Below are positions 37,271-46,599 of a stretch of DNA of 58,845 nucleotides, piece after piece. Source of the DNA: Anaerolineales bacterium. GTDB lineage: Bacteria > Chloroflexota > Anaerolineae > Anaerolineales > UBA4823. The stretch's first letter is position 1; each line of letters begins with the position of its first letter. The DNA is taken from contig JBAQFX010000243.1 in NCBI GenBank assembly GCA_049287485.1, positions 1 through 58,845 on the forward strand. The letters run 5' to 3'. Position numbers and translations under genes: made by a program. Under the pieces are notes generated by a model. It was not told the DNA's origin, did not search any database, and was given only the letters and a program-made list of their open reading frames with translations.

Positions 37271-39014
37271 TTTACAGAAAGAAGCAATTCTCACTACTAC
37301 TCCCAAGATGACAGAAAAAACTGGAAGATTTGCCATGCTTGAGCAATTCCTGGCTGACGGGATGGACGTCATGTTCGGCAATCCTGGCACCGTTGAACAA
37401 GGCTTTCTCGATGCCCTGACGTTATACCCTCAGATGAAGTACATCCTGACGCTTCAGGAGTCAGTGGCGGTTTTAGCTGCGGATGGATATGCGCGCGCCA
37501 CCCAAAAACCAACCCTGGTACAGCTACACAGCACACCCGGCGTTGGCAATGCGATCGGAGCCCTTTACCAGGCCAAGCGCGGCCATTCGCCCCTGGTTGT
37601 GATCGGGGGAGATGCCGGAACCCAATATCTGGCAATGGATTCTCAGATGGCAGGAGATTTGGTGGCGTTTGCTGAACCGGTCACCAAGTGGTCTACGATG
37701 GTGGTTGACCCTTCATCGCTTCTCAGGGTCTTACGCAAAGCAGTAAAAATCGCTTCCACGCCTCCCATGGGGCCGGTTTATGTCTGCCTCCCAATGAACG
37801 TGCTCGATGCAACCAATGTCGAGGAAGTTTTCCAAACGACAGTCCCATCGACCCGGGTGGCACCTGACGATCAAACGATCCGGGAGATCGCTCTGATGTT
37901 GGCGGCAGCTGAAAGGCCGATGATTTTTGTCGGAGATGGTGTGGCTTATTCGAGCGCTCAAGATGAGCTTGCTCAGGTAGCCGAATTGCTTGGAGCAGAA
38001 GTGTGGGAGGCTGATGCTGGTGAAGTCAACATCAGCTATATGCATCCCAGTTACAAAGGGATGACGGGACACATGTTCGGTTCAGCTAGCTTGCCCATTA
38101 CATTAAAGGGGGATGTTAATTTAATTTGCGGAACTTATGTCCTTCCGGAAGTTTTTCCAACTCTTGAAAATATTTTCGCACCTCAGGCAAAAGTCATCCA
38201 TATTGATCTAAATAGTTATGAAATCGCCAAAAATCACCCTGTGACTTTGGGTGTTGTGGCGGATCCGAAATTAACCCTCAATAAAGTAGCCCAAGCACTT
38301 AAAGAATTAATGACCCCTCAACAAAAAGAGGCCGCTGCATCCCGGTTCACTGCACTGTGTGAAACAAAAGATGCACAGAGGGAGAAAGCTGTAAATCAAG
38401 ACTATGCAATTAGGGATTCTATCCCAATAAAAATGTCCCGTTTCATGGAAGAATTGATGAAACAGCTTCCTAAAAATGCGATTATCTTTGATGAAGCACT
38501 TACCAGTTCACCTGCGGTATCCCGTTATTTCGCACCTACTCGAACTGGCCAATATTACCTAACGCGTGGCGGATCATTGGGAGTTGGTATACCTGGGGCG
38601 ATAGGAGTTAAGTTAGCCAATCCGGATAAGACCGTGATTGGTTTCACCGGTGATGGTGGTGCCATGTACACGATCCAGGCGCTCTGGACAGCCGCTCGGC
38701 ACAATATCAACGCCAAATTCGTAGTGTGCAATAATCTATCTTACCGTTTATTACAGTTGAATATTGATGCGTATTGGAAAGAACGGGCTATTCCAAAGCA
38801 TGACTATCCCCTAAACTTTGACCTCTCAAGCCCACCACTCCAATTTCATGAGATGGCACGCTCTATGAACGTTCAAAGCTTGCGGGTTGAAAAACCCTCT
38901 GGAGTTGCTCCGGCAATCAAGCAGGCATTAGCTCATCCAGGTCCGTTCCTCATAGACCTTTTACTTGAAAGCGATACCCACCCAGACAGAGTTGGTACTA
39001 CTTGCGGACAATAA
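37260..39014 (+). CDS. Thiamine-diphosphate-dependent enzyme (benzoylformate decarboxylase/acetolactate synthase-like)
   Basis: GNPGTVEQGFLDAL and the ThDP motif GDGGAMYTIQALWTAARHNINAKFVVCNNLSY. An alternative start at 37308 (MTEKTG...) is possible. Confidence 0.85.
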   Translation: MAGNLQKEAILTTTPKMTEKTGRFAMLEQFLADGMDVMFGNPGTVEQGFLDALTLYPQMKYILTLQESVAVLAADGYARATQKPTLVQLHSTPGVGNAIGALYQAKRGHSPLVVIGGDAGTQYLAMDSQMAGDLVAFAEPVTKWSTMVVDPSSLLRVLRKAVKIASTPPMGPVYVCLPMNVLDATNVEEVFQTTVPSTRVAPDDQTIREIALMLAAAERPMIFVGDGVAYSSAQDELAQVAELLGAEVWEADAGEVNISYMHPSYKGMTGHMFGSASLPITLKGDVNLICGTYVLPEVFPTLENIFAPQAKVIHIDLNSYEIAKNHPVTLGVVADPKLTLNKVAQALKELMTPQQKEAAASRFTALCETKDAQREKAVNQDYAIRDSIPIKMSRFMEELMKQLPKNAIIFDEALTSSPAVSRYFAPTRTGQYYLTRGGSLGVGIPGAIGVKLANPDKTVIGFTGDGGAMYTIQALWTAARHNINAKFVVCNNLSYRLLQLNIDAYWKERAIPKHDYPLNFDLSSPPLQFHEMARSMNVQSLRVEKPSGVAPAIKQALAHPGPFLIDLLLESDTHPDRVGTTCGQ

Positions 39015-39070
39015 TAGGCGAATTAAAAGTTTAGATATTCTATGAATAGTACAAGGAAGGAATAAGAAAT

Positions 39071-39544
39071 ATGTCTTTATCAATGGATGAGATCAGAAAT
39101 TTTGTGACTGCCTGGTATAAGGCACTTGACCAGCATGTCGCTCCAAGCGAATGTGCAAAGCTGGTAGCAGAAGATCGTCTGGAGATGATCTTCCCAGAGA
39201 AGACTCTGCATGGGGTGAGTGATTTCCTGGCCTGGTACGCTGGCGGTACATATTCCGATGGCTCCACGGCGCCAGGAGTGATCAACATTTTCTTCGACGA
39301 GAACCACAACGTAGTGAGTGTGGAAGGAGAAATTAAAGGCAATCAAGCAACCTTGGAAGTGGTGGTAGCCTGGCAAGCAAGTTGGTTTGATGCGCCTGCA
39401 GCCAAAAGCAAGCGCACCTCGCTCGATGCCACGCAGCGATGGATTGTACGTGGCTCTACAAGGAATGAATACGGGTTGGAAGTGATCAGTTATAACGCCA
39501 TGGCCCAGCCATTCAAGTATTCCCCTGGATTTGCCCGTTTATAG
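39071..39544 (+). CDS. NTF2-superfamily (SnoaL-like) protein
   Basis: 157 aa. The start MDEIRNFVTAWYKALDQH... and overall alpha+beta cone-like pattern fit the family. RBS AAGGAAGGAA. Confidence 0.55.
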   Translation: MSLSMDEIRNFVTAWYKALDQHVAPSECAKLVAEDRLEMIFPEKTLHGVSDFLAWYAGGTYSDGSTAPGVINIFFDENHNVVSVEGEIKGNQATLEVVVAWQASWFDAPAAKSKRTSLDATQRWIVRGSTRNEYGLEVISYNAMAQPFKYSPGFARL

Positions 39545-39572
39545 CCAACACCGGTTTACAGAGGAAGATATC

Positions 39573-39992
39573 ATGAGCTCAAGCATCGATAACCAAAATA
39601 TCATAAGCAAGCTCCAGACGACAGATGAGAATTTTCCTGGCCTGGCGCCAATGGTTATTGATTCCCTGGGCAAGCAATTCTATGTGCGGCAGGTGCAATA
39701 CCTGATTGCCAAGGATGTCGATCGGCTGGTTGATGAGAATTACCAGGATGATGCAGTTCTGATATCGGCAGATTCCACGGTGCGCGGTAAACCGGCACTA
39801 AAAGAACATTTCCACAACTACTTTAATCGGGTGACTATCAAAGAGGTAAAGTCCACTGATCTATTCGTAGAAACTGACGATACGATCCTCTTTGAAGCCA
39901 CCGTTGAAACCAATTTTGGCATTGCGAAAGTATATGATGCGATGGTCTTGCGTGACAGTAAAGTGGCTTACCACTTTACTGGCGCGAAATAG
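39573..39992 (+). CDS. NTF2-superfamily protein
   Basis: ATG at 39573 after GAGGAAG (the track ORF starts at a TTG at 39531). About 139 aa, ...ILFEATVETNFGIAKVYDAMVLRDSKVAYHF. Confidence 0.5.
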   Translation: MSSSIDNQNIISKLQTTDENFPGLAPMVIDSLGKQFYVRQVQYLIAKDVDRLVDENYQDDAVLISADSTVRGKPALKEHFHNYFNRVTIKEVKSTDLFVETDDTILFEATVETNFGIAKVYDAMVLRDSKVAYHFTGAK

Positions 39993-40117
39993 CCGCGAGT
40001 TCGAATCGTATCTGTCAGTTAAGGTGGAATGGAGCTTTGATGATGAGCACGAATAGTTTGGATGCACCGGTTAAACAAAATGAGGATCTAGATAATATTC
40101 GCTTTCAGGAGGCTTAC

Positions 40118-40543
40118 ATGTCCACCGATCAAAATACGGAGAAAGGCCAACGGTTTTTCGAAGATATGCTTGGTAGAGCTAATTGGGACCTGGCAGACAC
40201 AATCCTGGCAACTGATATCGTCATGCACCATCCCAGCAGCCCCCAACCCGTCGCAGGAGTTAGCAATGTAGTCGGTTTTTTAGGTGCGTTCAGGGCAGGG
40301 TTCCCGGATATGACCATGAAAGTCGAATTAGCCTTTGGCGATGGTGAAATGGTCGCCATCAGGTGGCGCATGAGCGGTACACATACGGCGGAACTATTTG
40401 GTATCCCACCCAGTGGCAAATCAGTTAATGTTGCAGGGATCAGCTTGCTTCGTTTTTACAATGGCAAAGTGGCAGAAGATTGGGTAGCGGAAGATTCGTT
40501 GGGGCTCATGCAGCAGATTGGGGTAATTCCGAGCGGAAGCTGA
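40118..40543 (+). CDS. Ester cyclase (SnoaL-like polyketide cyclase family)
   Basis: ATG at 40118 after AGGAGG (track start 40037). Has the family C-terminal signature ...GKVAEDWVAEDSLGLMQQIGVIP. Confidence 0.7.
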   Translation: MSTDQNTEKGQRFFEDMLGRANWDLADTILATDIVMHHPSSPQPVAGVSNVVGFLGAFRAGFPDMTMKVELAFGDGEMVAIRWRMSGTHTAELFGIPPSGKSVNVAGISLLRFYNGKVAEDWVAEDSLGLMQQIGVIPSGS

Positions 40544-40649
40544 GATTTATTTACCCAAAATTATTCTATGACCTATAAAAACATATTGTTAGATGATGGG
40601 ATCAAAAATCGAAATCAAATTTAACTTATCTATATAAGGAGATAAAAAA

Positions 40650-41072
40650 ATGGACAACACACATCTGGTTCTTCGAATGTACGAATTGTTTAATAAAGGC
40701 GATATGGCTACGATCAAATCGGATCTCTTCGATCCAAACATAAGCTGGACCATGCCCGGACATCATCCACTCTCCGGTCGTATGGAAGGCGTGGACGCCG
40801 TGATTTCTTTCTTCGGTGCCCTGTTCAAAGCGGGAATCCAGGTTGACAACGTGCATTTTGGCACCTTGGATGATGGCACGGTAATCGAGAAACATGTCGG
40901 TCATGGCAAGGTTGGTGAAGAAGAATTTGTCTTCCCAACCTGCACCTCTTATGGCATCAAAAATAACAAGATCTATGAGGTACGTGTTCATACGGGTGAC
41001 CAGCATAGTGTCGACCGTTACTTTTGGAATGTAATCAAACTTAAAGGTATTCCTGCTCGCCTGGCTGAATAA
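40650..41072 (+). CDS. NTF2-superfamily (SnoaL_2/ketosteroid-isomerase-like) protein
   Basis: LVLRMYELFNKGDMATIKSDLFDPNISWTMPGHHPLSG. 140 aa. Confidence 0.6.
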   Translation: MDNTHLVLRMYELFNKGDMATIKSDLFDPNISWTMPGHHPLSGRMEGVDAVISFFGALFKAGIQVDNVHFGTLDDGTVIEKHVGHGKVGEEEFVFPTCTSYGIKNNKIYEVRVHTGDQHSVDRYFWNVIKLKGIPARLAE

Positions 41073-41094
41073 ACCAGCAAGCTGAGGTGATCTT

Positions 41095-41547
41095 ATGGCT
41101 ACTGTAAAGTCAATTATTACCCCCCAACATGTAAAAGATGCCTATGCTGCTCTATCTTCAGGCGATATGGAGCGAATCAAGCAGTATTGGGCGGATGAGA
41201 TGGTCTGGCAAGTACCAGGGCATAACCGATTATCTGGTTGGTATTATGGTCGGGAAGAATTCCTGGCTTTTATGGGTCAGGTCGGCCAGCTCTCCGGTAA
41301 CAGTTTCCACATGGATAACATTGCCGGTCAGGTGATTGTAACGGGTGAATACTCTGCGGATTTAACCCGCAACCGCGGCAACCGTGTCAACCAGGCTGAT
41401 AAAACCATGGATATTGAAGTGGTGCATGTGCTGCGCTGGCGCGATGGTAAGGTGATCGCGGGCAAGGGGGCTATCTTTGGCGATGGTACCACCGAGTATG
41501 ACCAGTTCTGGTCAAATTCACCAGTCGTCACACCACCAAGCCGTTAA
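41095..41547 (+). CDS. NTF2-superfamily protein (paralog of the C-terminal module of 42025..43272)
   Basis: VKDAYAALSSGDMERIKQYWADEMVWQVPGHNRLSGWYYGREEFLAFMG... closely matches residues of the downstream fusion protein. Confidence 0.65.
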   Translation: MATVKSIITPQHVKDAYAALSSGDMERIKQYWADEMVWQVPGHNRLSGWYYGREEFLAFMGQVGQLSGNSFHMDNIAGQVIVTGEYSADLTRNRGNRVNQADKTMDIEVVHVLRWRDGKVIAGKGAIFGDGTTEYDQFWSNSPVVTPPSR

Positions 41548-41884
41548 TACTATACGGGAATCATTCTCTGTTGAGATAATCTGGTGCTATTTTGCGCCGA
41601 AGGAGACAATTATGCCCATTATAACCATTCAGGCCATCGAAGGGGTCGTACTGACCAGCCCGGAACAGAAACGCGAGCTGCTCAAGAAAATGACCGATAC
41701 ATTCATCAGCGTGGTGGGTGATGTTGCTCGACCATACACGTACTGTATTATTCAGGAAACACCGCCGATGGAATGGTCGATTGCCGGGAGGCCGTTGCCT
41801 GATTTGCCTTTCTTGTATGGACCTGAATATGCTGTCATGCACAAGAATGCGAATGAGATCATGCGTAAATTTGTCGAATCTCAA
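41116..41884 (+). repeat. Segmental duplication, copy A (NTF2-like gene, spacer and tautomerase 5' part)
   Basis: Collinear with 42841..43610. In the first 60 nt of the two tautomerase ORFs I count 50 of 60 identical bases. The protein pairs are clearly paralogous. Confidence 0.7.
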
Positions 41885-41977
41885 TCCATTACGCAACCAC
41901 CCCAAAAATCCAATGGCGATTCTTCAGCAAATGTCGAACCTCGAAAACGTGCCCATGATGCGTGGGGCGGTGATTAA
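41612..41977 (+). CDS. Tautomerase-superfamily (4-oxalocrotonate tautomerase-like) protein with C-terminal tail
   Basis: ATG at 41612 after AGGAGA gives MPIITIQAIEGVVLTSPEQKRELLKKMTDTF, that is, the catalytic Pro1 and beta-alpha-beta unit. The track ORF start at 41477 would bury Pro1. Confidence 0.7.
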   Translation: MPIITIQAIEGVVLTSPEQKRELLKKMTDTFISVVGDVARPYTYCIIQETPPMEWSIAGRPLPDLPFLYGPEYAVMHKNANEIMRKFVESQSITQPPQKSNGDSSANVEPRKRAHDAWGGD

Positions 41978-42024
41978 TCGCCGATAGTTGCTAACAAGAT
42001 AATTCTTACTCATATAAAGGATGG

Positions 42025-43272
42025 ATGAATATGTCAGATCAGTTTCGTATCATAATTAAAAAAGGACCCAATCCAGGACAGATTTGGGACCTGACTAAGG
42101 CAGCCATAACGTTAGGTCGTGATAAATCCAATGACCTGTACATCAATGATGCCAGCTTACATCCAGTCCATGCTCTATTGATAAAGACAGCTACTGGTTA
42201 TTCTCTGGAAAACATCGGTCCGGCCAATGCTACTATGGTGAATGGCAACAGCCTGACCGCAACTATGCCTTTACTGGACGGTGACCAAATAACGATTGGT
42301 AAGGAAATCCTTATGGAATTCGATAAAGTTGAATCCATGGCAGACACCAGTTCCAACAAAACATCAACGGATAAAAGTATCGAAGCACATGCCCAGGAAC
42401 ATCGGGCGCTGTTCACCCGCTGGTTTGAGGAGCTGTGGAACAAAAAGAATTATGCAATTACCCAGGAATTGGTAGCCGACGACTTTACCGCGCATGGTGC
42501 GGGTGGTCAAGACATCAAACAAGGCCCGGATGGTGTGGCGGGGATGGTCAAGATCTGGCATCAGGCATTTCCGGATGGACATATGACCATGGATGACATT
42601 ATTACTGAAGGTGAAATGTCTGTGATCCGCATGACCTTTCGTGGCACCCAAACCGGTGAATTCTACGGGGTTCCGGCCAGCAATAAAAAGGTGGAAGTAA
42701 CCTCAATCGGCATTGACCGGGTCGTGGACGGCAAAATCCGCGAAGGTTGGGGAGAACTCAACATGCTGGGGATGATGCAGCAGATGGGCGCCATCCCTTC
42801 TCCAGATCAAGGACCGCAGACTTATGAAATTGAAACTGAGATCACGCCCGAGCATGTCGGTGAAGCCTATGCGGCATTGTCTTCCGGCGATATGGAGCGC
42901 ATCAAACAGTATTGGGCTACGGATATGGTCTGGCAGGTGCCGGGTCATAACGAGCTTTCTGGCTGGTATTACAGTCGGGATGAGTTCCTGGCTTTCATGG
43001 GCAAAGTTGGCGAGCTATCCGATCATAGCTTCCGCATGGATCCGGTGGCCGGGCGCGTTCTGGTTACCGGTGACTATTCGGTTGACCTGACACGAAATCG
43101 TGGCTACAGAAAAGGGGCTACCGAAAAGACCATGGATATCGAAGTCGCCCATGTACTGCGTTGGCGCAATGGTAAGGTGATCGCGGGCAAGGGAGCCATC
43201 TTTGGCGATGGCGCCACAGAGTACGACCAGTTCTGGTCACGCTCGCCAGTGGTTACCCCCCCCAGCCACTAA
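42025..43272 (+). CDS. Three-module fusion: FHA-like domain, ester cyclase and NTF2-like domain
   Basis: FHA-like: ITLGRDKSNDLYINDASLHPVHALL...NGNSL...LLDGDQITIG. Ester cyclase: FEELWNKKNY...ELNMLGMMQQMGAIP. NTF2-like: AYAALSSGDMERIKQYWATDMVWQVPGHNELSGWYY. Confidence 0.7.
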   Translation: MNMSDQFRIIIKKGPNPGQIWDLTKAAITLGRDKSNDLYINDASLHPVHALLIKTATGYSLENIGPANATMVNGNSLTATMPLLDGDQITIGKEILMEFDKVESMADTSSNKTSTDKSIEAHAQEHRALFTRWFEELWNKKNYAITQELVADDFTAHGAGGQDIKQGPDGVAGMVKIWHQAFPDGHMTMDDIITEGEMSVIRMTFRGTQTGEFYGVPASNKKVEVTSIGIDRVVDGKIREGWGELNMLGMMQQMGAIPSPDQGPQTYEIETEITPEHVGEAYAALSSGDMERIKQYWATDMVWQVPGHNELSGWYYSRDEFLAFMGKVGELSDHSFRMDPVAGRVLVTGDYSVDLTRNRGYRKGATEKTMDIEVAHVLRWRNGKVIAGKGAIFGDGATEYDQFWSRSPVVTPPSH

Positions 43273-43610
43273 AGTTTCAGGGGGGCTGTTAATATAAATA
43301 TATATACCGGCGCAATTCAACGCCGGAGGAGAAAGCTATGCCTATTATTACAATCCAGGCAATTGAAGGGGTTGTCTTAACCAGCCCGGAACAGAAACGT
43401 GAGCTGCTCCAAAAGATGACCGATACTTTTATCAATGTGGTCGGCGATGTTGCTCGACCCTACACGTACTGCATTATTCAGGAAACTCCAATTATGGAAT
43501 GGTCCATTGCTGGGAGACCATTACCAGATTTACCTTTTTTGTACGGACCTGAATATGCTGCCATGCACAAGAACGCGAATAAGATTATGCGGAAATTTGT
43601 CGAATCTCAA
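42841..43610 (+). repeat. Segmental duplication, copy B (fused into larger ORFs)
   Basis: The partner of 41116..41884. Here the NTF2 unit is the C-terminal module of the FHA fusion, and the tautomerase unit is the N-terminal module of the tautomerase-cyclase fusion. Confidence 0.7.
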
Positions 43611-44060
43611 GCCAACAATCCAACTGCCATATCCTCTAATGGAAACTTAATCGAACTGAATAAAGAGGTGATGCGCCGGATGATCGAGGAAGTTTGGAAT
43701 CAGGGCAACCTGGCTACTGCGGATGAGCTATTTGCACCCGATCATACCAGCCCTAGTGCGCCTCAACTTCCTCCAGGTTCTGAGGGAGTAAAGATGCTGG
43801 TCAAGATGTTTCGCGAAGCTATGCCTGATTACCACATGGATATTGACCTGATGGTTGCCGATGAATCTCAGGTAACTGGCCGATTTACTCAGAGCGGGAC
43901 CCACACCGGCGGTGACTTAATGGGAATGAAGGCTTCTGGTCGTAAAGCTACATGGACCGAGATTGGTGTTCTGAAGATTAAAGACGGCAAAATTGTTCAA
44001 AGCTGGTACGAAGTCGACATGTTGAGCATGATCCAACAGTTAAATGGGGCAAAGCAATGA
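43338..44060 (+). CDS. Two-module fusion: tautomerase (Pro1) and ester cyclase
   Basis: MPIITIQAIEGVVLTSPEQKRELLQKMTDTF..., then IEEVWNQGNLATADELFAPDH...EVDMLSMIQQLNG. Confidence 0.7.
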   Translation: MPIITIQAIEGVVLTSPEQKRELLQKMTDTFINVVGDVARPYTYCIIQETPIMEWSIAGRPLPDLPFLYGPEYAAMHKNANKIMRKFVESQANNPTAISSNGNLIELNKEVMRRMIEEVWNQGNLATADELFAPDHTSPSAPQLPPGSEGVKMLVKMFREAMPDYHMDIDLMVADESQVTGRFTQSGTHTGGDLMGMKASGRKATWTEIGVLKIKDGKIVQSWYEVDMLSMIQQLNGAKQ

Positions 44061-44095
44061 GTTGGATTAAGAAGTAAAGATAATGGATAAAAATT

Positions 44096-44578
44096 ATGGA
44101 AAATCTAATTGGCCGATCCGTACAGGCGGAGAAGATCTGGGCAGGAGAAATTACTCCTACCTCAGATCTCGCTGACAATAATGTTGCACTTGTGAAGCGA
44201 TTGTTCGAAGAGGTGTGGAACAAGGGTAACTATAGCCTGGTGAATGATTTGCTGGCACCAGACTTTGTGGATCATAACCACCTTCCTGGCGCACCAGATG
44301 GTCGTGAAGGCTTTTGGGGTGGTGTAAATATGATCCGTACTGCTTTTCCTGATATTAAATTTTCAATCGATCAGATTGTAGTCGAAGATGACCGCCTTGC
44401 GATTCGCCTGACGGGATTGGGCACACATAAAGGTGACTTTATGGGCATATCACCAACCGGGAAACAGGTTTCGCTAGAAAGCATGACTTTCTTTCATATC
44501 GAAAATGGCAAAATTGCAGAACGCTGGGGCATATCAGATATCCCAAGAGTTATGCAACAACTCGAAGCTAAAGGATAA
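44096..44578 (+). CDS. Ester cyclase (SnoaL-like)
   Basis: FEEVWNKGNYSLVNDLLAPDFVDHN...ISDIPRVMQQLEA. Confidence 0.75.
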   Translation: MENLIGRSVQAEKIWAGEITPTSDLADNNVALVKRLFEEVWNKGNYSLVNDLLAPDFVDHNHLPGAPDGREGFWGGVNMIRTAFPDIKFSIDQIVVEDDRLAIRLTGLGTHKGDFMGISPTGKQVSLESMTFFHIENGKIAERWGISDIPRVMQQLEAKG

Positions 44579-44584
44579 ATCAAT

Positions 44585-45430
44585 ATGTCCGATATCGCTA
44601 AAACTCTTTATCAAAACTTTGTAGAAGAAGTGATCAACAAGGGTAATTATGCGCTAATCCCTGAGATTTTTGCTGAGGATTATCTGGATCACAATGCACC
44701 TCCAGGAGCGCCAGTAGGAGGATATGATGCCATACGGGCAGTACCAATCATGTTTCGAGGTGCGTTCCCGGATGTGCATTTTACTATCGAAGATATGATC
44801 AATCAGGATGGTTGGGTTGCCACGCGGGTTACTGGCAAAGCCAGCCATCTGGGTAAGCCATTCATGGGTATCGAGCCGACCGGTCTGCGGGTAAGCTGGT
44901 CATCCATGGGATTCTTTCGGGTCGCGAATGGACGAATTGTTGAGCACCATGGTCAACCTGATTTAGGTGCCTTACGTAACCAACTCATGCAAGAAATCAA
45001 GCCAGGTACCATCGATCATAATCGTTTTATCGTTTCACGATATGTCTATGCCACCAACATTGGTGAGCTGGACCGCTTCGACGAATACGTAGATCCTGGT
45101 TTTGTAGATCACAATGCCCTGCCCGGGCAGCGACCTGGGGTCGATGGATTGAAAGACGCCTACCGTATGTTCTCATCCGCCTTTTCTGACCTATGGTACA
45201 CATTCGAAGCCTTAGTGGCAGAGGACGACCTAGTTGTTGGACGAGGCGTCATCGAAGGGAAGCACACCGGAGCTTTTATGGGTATCCCACCTACGGATAA
45301 AGTAATTCGTTGGACGGGAACGAGAATGTTCCGGATTGCTAATCAAAAAGTGACTGATGGATGGATCGACCTGGATATGTTCGGCATGATGATGCAGCTG
45401 GGGGCTATCCCGGCAGGTGGCCAGTCTTAA
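44585..45430 (+). CDS. Tandem double ester cyclase
   Basis: Two modules: VEEVINKGNYALIPEIFAEDYLDHN... and ...FDEYVDPGFVDHN...DLDMFGMMMQLGAIP. Confidence 0.7.
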   Translation: MSDIAKTLYQNFVEEVINKGNYALIPEIFAEDYLDHNAPPGAPVGGYDAIRAVPIMFRGAFPDVHFTIEDMINQDGWVATRVTGKASHLGKPFMGIEPTGLRVSWSSMGFFRVANGRIVEHHGQPDLGALRNQLMQEIKPGTIDHNRFIVSRYVYATNIGELDRFDEYVDPGFVDHNALPGQRPGVDGLKDAYRMFSSAFSDLWYTFEALVAEDDLVVGRGVIEGKHTGAFMGIPPTDKVIRWTGTRMFRIANQKVTDGWIDLDMFGMMMQLGAIPAGGQS

Positions 45431-45455
45431 ATGCTGGTGACATAGGAGGATTAAT

Positions 45456-46463
45456 ATGAATACTATTACAGAGAAAAAAGCCAGCCTTGCAGAGCAGATT
45501 TGGAATGGTGAAGTGATCCCTGGGGCCAGCTACACCGCACCGGGTCGTCCATTAACCACTAACGAGATGAAAGATATCATGGTGCGTTTGTATGATGAAT
45601 CAAACAAACAAAACTTCTCGGTATTTGATGAGATGTTTGCACCAAGTTTTGTCAGCTATGGTGGAGCTGGTTTTCGAGATTTGGTTGGTGCGGAGGCTTT
45701 TCGCCAGCTATATGTGCAATTTATTTCCAGCCTGCCTGATTTAAACTTTCATGTAGACCAGGTGGTTGCAGAAGGAAATCTCTGCGGTGTACGGGGCACA
45801 TTGAGCGGCACACATAAAGGCAACTTTATGGGTTTTGCACCACCCACTGGAAAGTTTATCTCGTGGACCGGTACAGCGATTTTTCGTTTTGACCAGAATG
45901 GATTGATGGATGCCCGCTGGCAGGAATGGGATGGATTGAGCGTGATGCAACAGATGGGAGTTATACCCGTTCCGGCTGCGGATGGCAGACCCTTGCCTAC
46001 CCCAGTCCCGCCGTATGTGGCTGGCGGGGTTTATACCTCCCCCATACAAAATAAGGCAGCGATCCAGCGCCTGGTGGAGGAGGTTTGGAATCAGGGGAAC
46101 CTGGCTTTTACTGACCAGATTTACCATGCTCAAGCCACATATCCCAGCAACCCGAGCTTACCAACCGGCGGCCAGGGGATTAAGACCAGCGTGGGGATGT
46201 ATCGCGAGGCAATGCCAGATTTCCATGCCGAATTCAAGAACCTATTAGCGGATGGTGATATGGTGTTGGCATGGCTTTCGCAGAGCGGCACTCATAGCGG
46301 TACTTTGATGGGTGTTCCGGCTACTGGTAAAAAGGTTACCTGGGGCCAGATCATCATTGCCCGTTTTGCAGGTGGTCAAATTGTGGAGAGTTGGAGTAAC
46401 GAAGATGTGCTCGGCCTGCTGCAGCAGCTTGGCGTAGGCGGTGGGGCTTCTTCAGGAGCGTGA
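45456..46463 (+). CDS. Tandem double ester cyclase
   Basis: Module 1 ends EWDGLSVMQQMGVIP. Module 2 runs VEEVWNQGNLAFTDQIYH...NEDVLGLLQQLGVG. Confidence 0.7.
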   Translation: MNTITEKKASLAEQIWNGEVIPGASYTAPGRPLTTNEMKDIMVRLYDESNKQNFSVFDEMFAPSFVSYGGAGFRDLVGAEAFRQLYVQFISSLPDLNFHVDQVVAEGNLCGVRGTLSGTHKGNFMGFAPPTGKFISWTGTAIFRFDQNGLMDARWQEWDGLSVMQQMGVIPVPAADGRPLPTPVPPYVAGGVYTSPIQNKAAIQRLVEEVWNQGNLAFTDQIYHAQATYPSNPSLPTGGQGIKTSVGMYREAMPDFHAEFKNLLADGDMVLAWLSQSGTHSGTLMGVPATGKKVTWGQIIIARFAGGQIVESWSNEDVLGLLQQLGVGGGASSGA

Positions 46464-46599
46464 TCTTTCCACCAGGTTGCTGCTGAGACCAGGAGCGGAA
46501 AAAATCAGCCGGCAACAGTTTGGGAAAACACAGATGCGTAACAGGATGGAGCTAAAGGTGTCAATTCGATGTGTAGCCAGATAATTAAGGAGTAAGGAT

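Noticed and set aside
39985-40012. GAGTTCGAATCG, resembling a tRNA T-loop
   Set aside because: The flanking bases do not form a T-stem (GCGAG versus CGTAT), and no acceptor or anticodon arms can be drawn.
41477-41611. Upstream extension of the tautomerase ORF (track start 41477)
   Set aside because: It overlaps the preceding gene and would bury the catalytic Pro1. The ATG at 41612 has an AGGAGA SD and yields the canonical MP start, as in the paralog at 43338.
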